64,000 nucleotides of DNA from Gaiellaceae bacterium (GTDB lineage: Bacteria; Actinomycetota; Thermoleophilia; Gaiellales; Gaiellaceae). Positions 63,226 to 64,000 of the stretch are shown piece by piece. The notes beneath the pieces are model-generated. The model was not told where the DNA came from. It searched no databases and saw only the letters and a list, made by a program, of their open reading frames with translations. The stretch lies in NCBI GenBank assembly GCA_035473635.1, contig DATIOD010000055.1:4685-68684 (forward strand). Direction: 5' to 3'. Each line of letters opens with the position of its first letter. The stretch's first letter is position 1. Made by a program: the position numbers and the translations under genes.

Positions 63226-63789
63226 GTGAAGCCGCTCCAGATCGGCGTTCTTGCGCTGCAGGGCAACTTCCGCGAGCACGTCGCGATGCTGCGGCGCCTC
63301 GACGTCGAGACGCGTGAGGTGCGCAAGCCGGAGGAGCTCGACTCGCTCGACGGTCTCGTGATCCCGGGCGGCGAGTCGACGACGTTCATGCACCTGATGC
63401 GCCTCTACGGGCTCGACGAGGCGATCCGCCGGTTCCCGGGCGCGGTCTTCGGGACCTGCGCGGGGATGATCGTCCTCGACTCGGAGCACCTCGGCCTTGT
63501 CGACATCACCGTTCGCCGCAACGCGTTCGGCCGCCAGGTCGCCTCGTTCGAGGCCGACCTCGTCGTCGCCGGCGAGGACGCGCCGGTACGGGCGGTGTTC
63601 ATCCGTGCGCCGTGGATCGAGGAGGTCGGTGCGGATGTGGAGGTGCTCGCAGAGCTCGACGGCCGTCCGGTGCTCGCGCGCGAAGGGCGGTTCCTCGTCG
63701 CGTCGTTCCACCCCGAGCTGACCGGTGACACGCGGCTGCACGCGCGGTTCCTGACGATGGCGAAGGAGGATCGGCTTGTCCGGGCATAG
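63226..63789 (+). CDS. pdxT: pyridoxal 5'-phosphate synthase, glutaminase subunit
   Basis: [22 protein letters not shown] (catalytic Cys), SFHPELT. Confidence 0.9.
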   Translation: MKPLQIGVLALQGNFREHVAMLRRLDVETREVRKPEELDSLDGLVIPGGESTTFMHLMRLYGLDEAIRRFPGAVFGTCAGMIVLDSEHLGLVDITVRRNAFGRQVASFEADLVVAGEDAPVRAVFIRAPWIEEVGADVEVLAELDGRPVLAREGRFLVASFHPELTGDTRLHARFLTMAKEDRLVRA

Positions 63790-64000
63790 CAAGTGGTCGT
63801 CGATCAAGCACAAGAAGGGCGCCGCCGACGCGAAGCGCGGGCAGCTCTTCTCGAAGCTCTCGCGCGCGATCCTCGTCGCGGCCAAGGAGGGCGGCCCCGA
63901 TCCTGCGAACAACCTCGCGCTGCAGAACGCGATCGAGAAGGCGAAGTCGTACTCGATGCCCAAGGACAACATCGACCGCGCGATCGCGAAGGGCTCGGGC
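63776..64000 (+). CDS. yebC: YebC/PmpR-family transcriptional regulator; 3' end beyond the window
   Basis: TTG 63776 lies 5 nt after AAGGAGGA. (M)[21 protein letters not shown]. Open to the window edge (75 codons). Confidence 0.88.
   Translation, partial: MSGHSKWSSIKHKKGAADAKRGQLFSKLSRAILVAAKEGGPDPANNLALQNAIEKAKSYSMPKDNIDRAIAKGSG

Overview
This is a very GC-rich, densely coding chromosomal segment. It looks actinobacterial: Ku, an F420-type luciferase-like oxidoreductase, a LAL-type regulator, many GTGA/ATGA/TTGA start-stop overlaps and several genes with almost no 5' leader. I call about 62 protein genes, one tRNA-Cys, two strong hairpin terminators and four short tandem-repeat arrays. I found no rRNA, CRISPR array, transposase, integrase or phage gene. 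Many long ORFs in the track are off-frame or antisense shadows of real genes, recognisable by Arg/Pro/Gly-rich products, and were discarded.

Recognisable blocks:
- Ku plus small stress-type ORFs (1-2600).
- A secreted RTX/IPT mosaic protein and a repeat-containing membrane protein (2691-6403).
- A 7-gene MoxR/DUF58/VWA operon of the Bat (Bacteroides aerotolerance) type, ending in a PQQ-type beta-propeller protein (9361-17350).
- A GGDEF/HD-GYP protein with a convergent orphan receiver (18648-20773).
- A polyamine/GABA uptake and catabolism operon (22748-29322).
- tRNA-Cys followed by a VOC protein, three methyltransferases and a YunG-like gene (29401-33194).
- A LAL regulator, DUF4242, a Tat-exported haem peroxidase, a Zn-ribbon/cyclase/P-loop/TPR giant and a TMEM175-type channel (33303-42037). 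This is my best candidate for an undescribed signalling module.
- A 12-gene translationally coupled acyl-CoA/lipid catabolic operon (42061-52277).
- An ACAD10/11-like dehydrogenase (acyl-CoA dehydrogenase, ACAD) interrupted by one in-frame TAG, near its usual kinase partner (52818-56262).
- Thiolase, a Liv-type ABC transporter, an MBL hydrolase, pdxT and yebC (57127-64000).

Other oddities: two genes whose conserved N-terminal nucleotide-binding motifs have no canonical start codon upstream, two families of tandem mini-palindromes at gene ends, and three divergent gene pairs with spacers of about 17-23 nt. All functional calls rest on motif recognition by eye, not on database searches.
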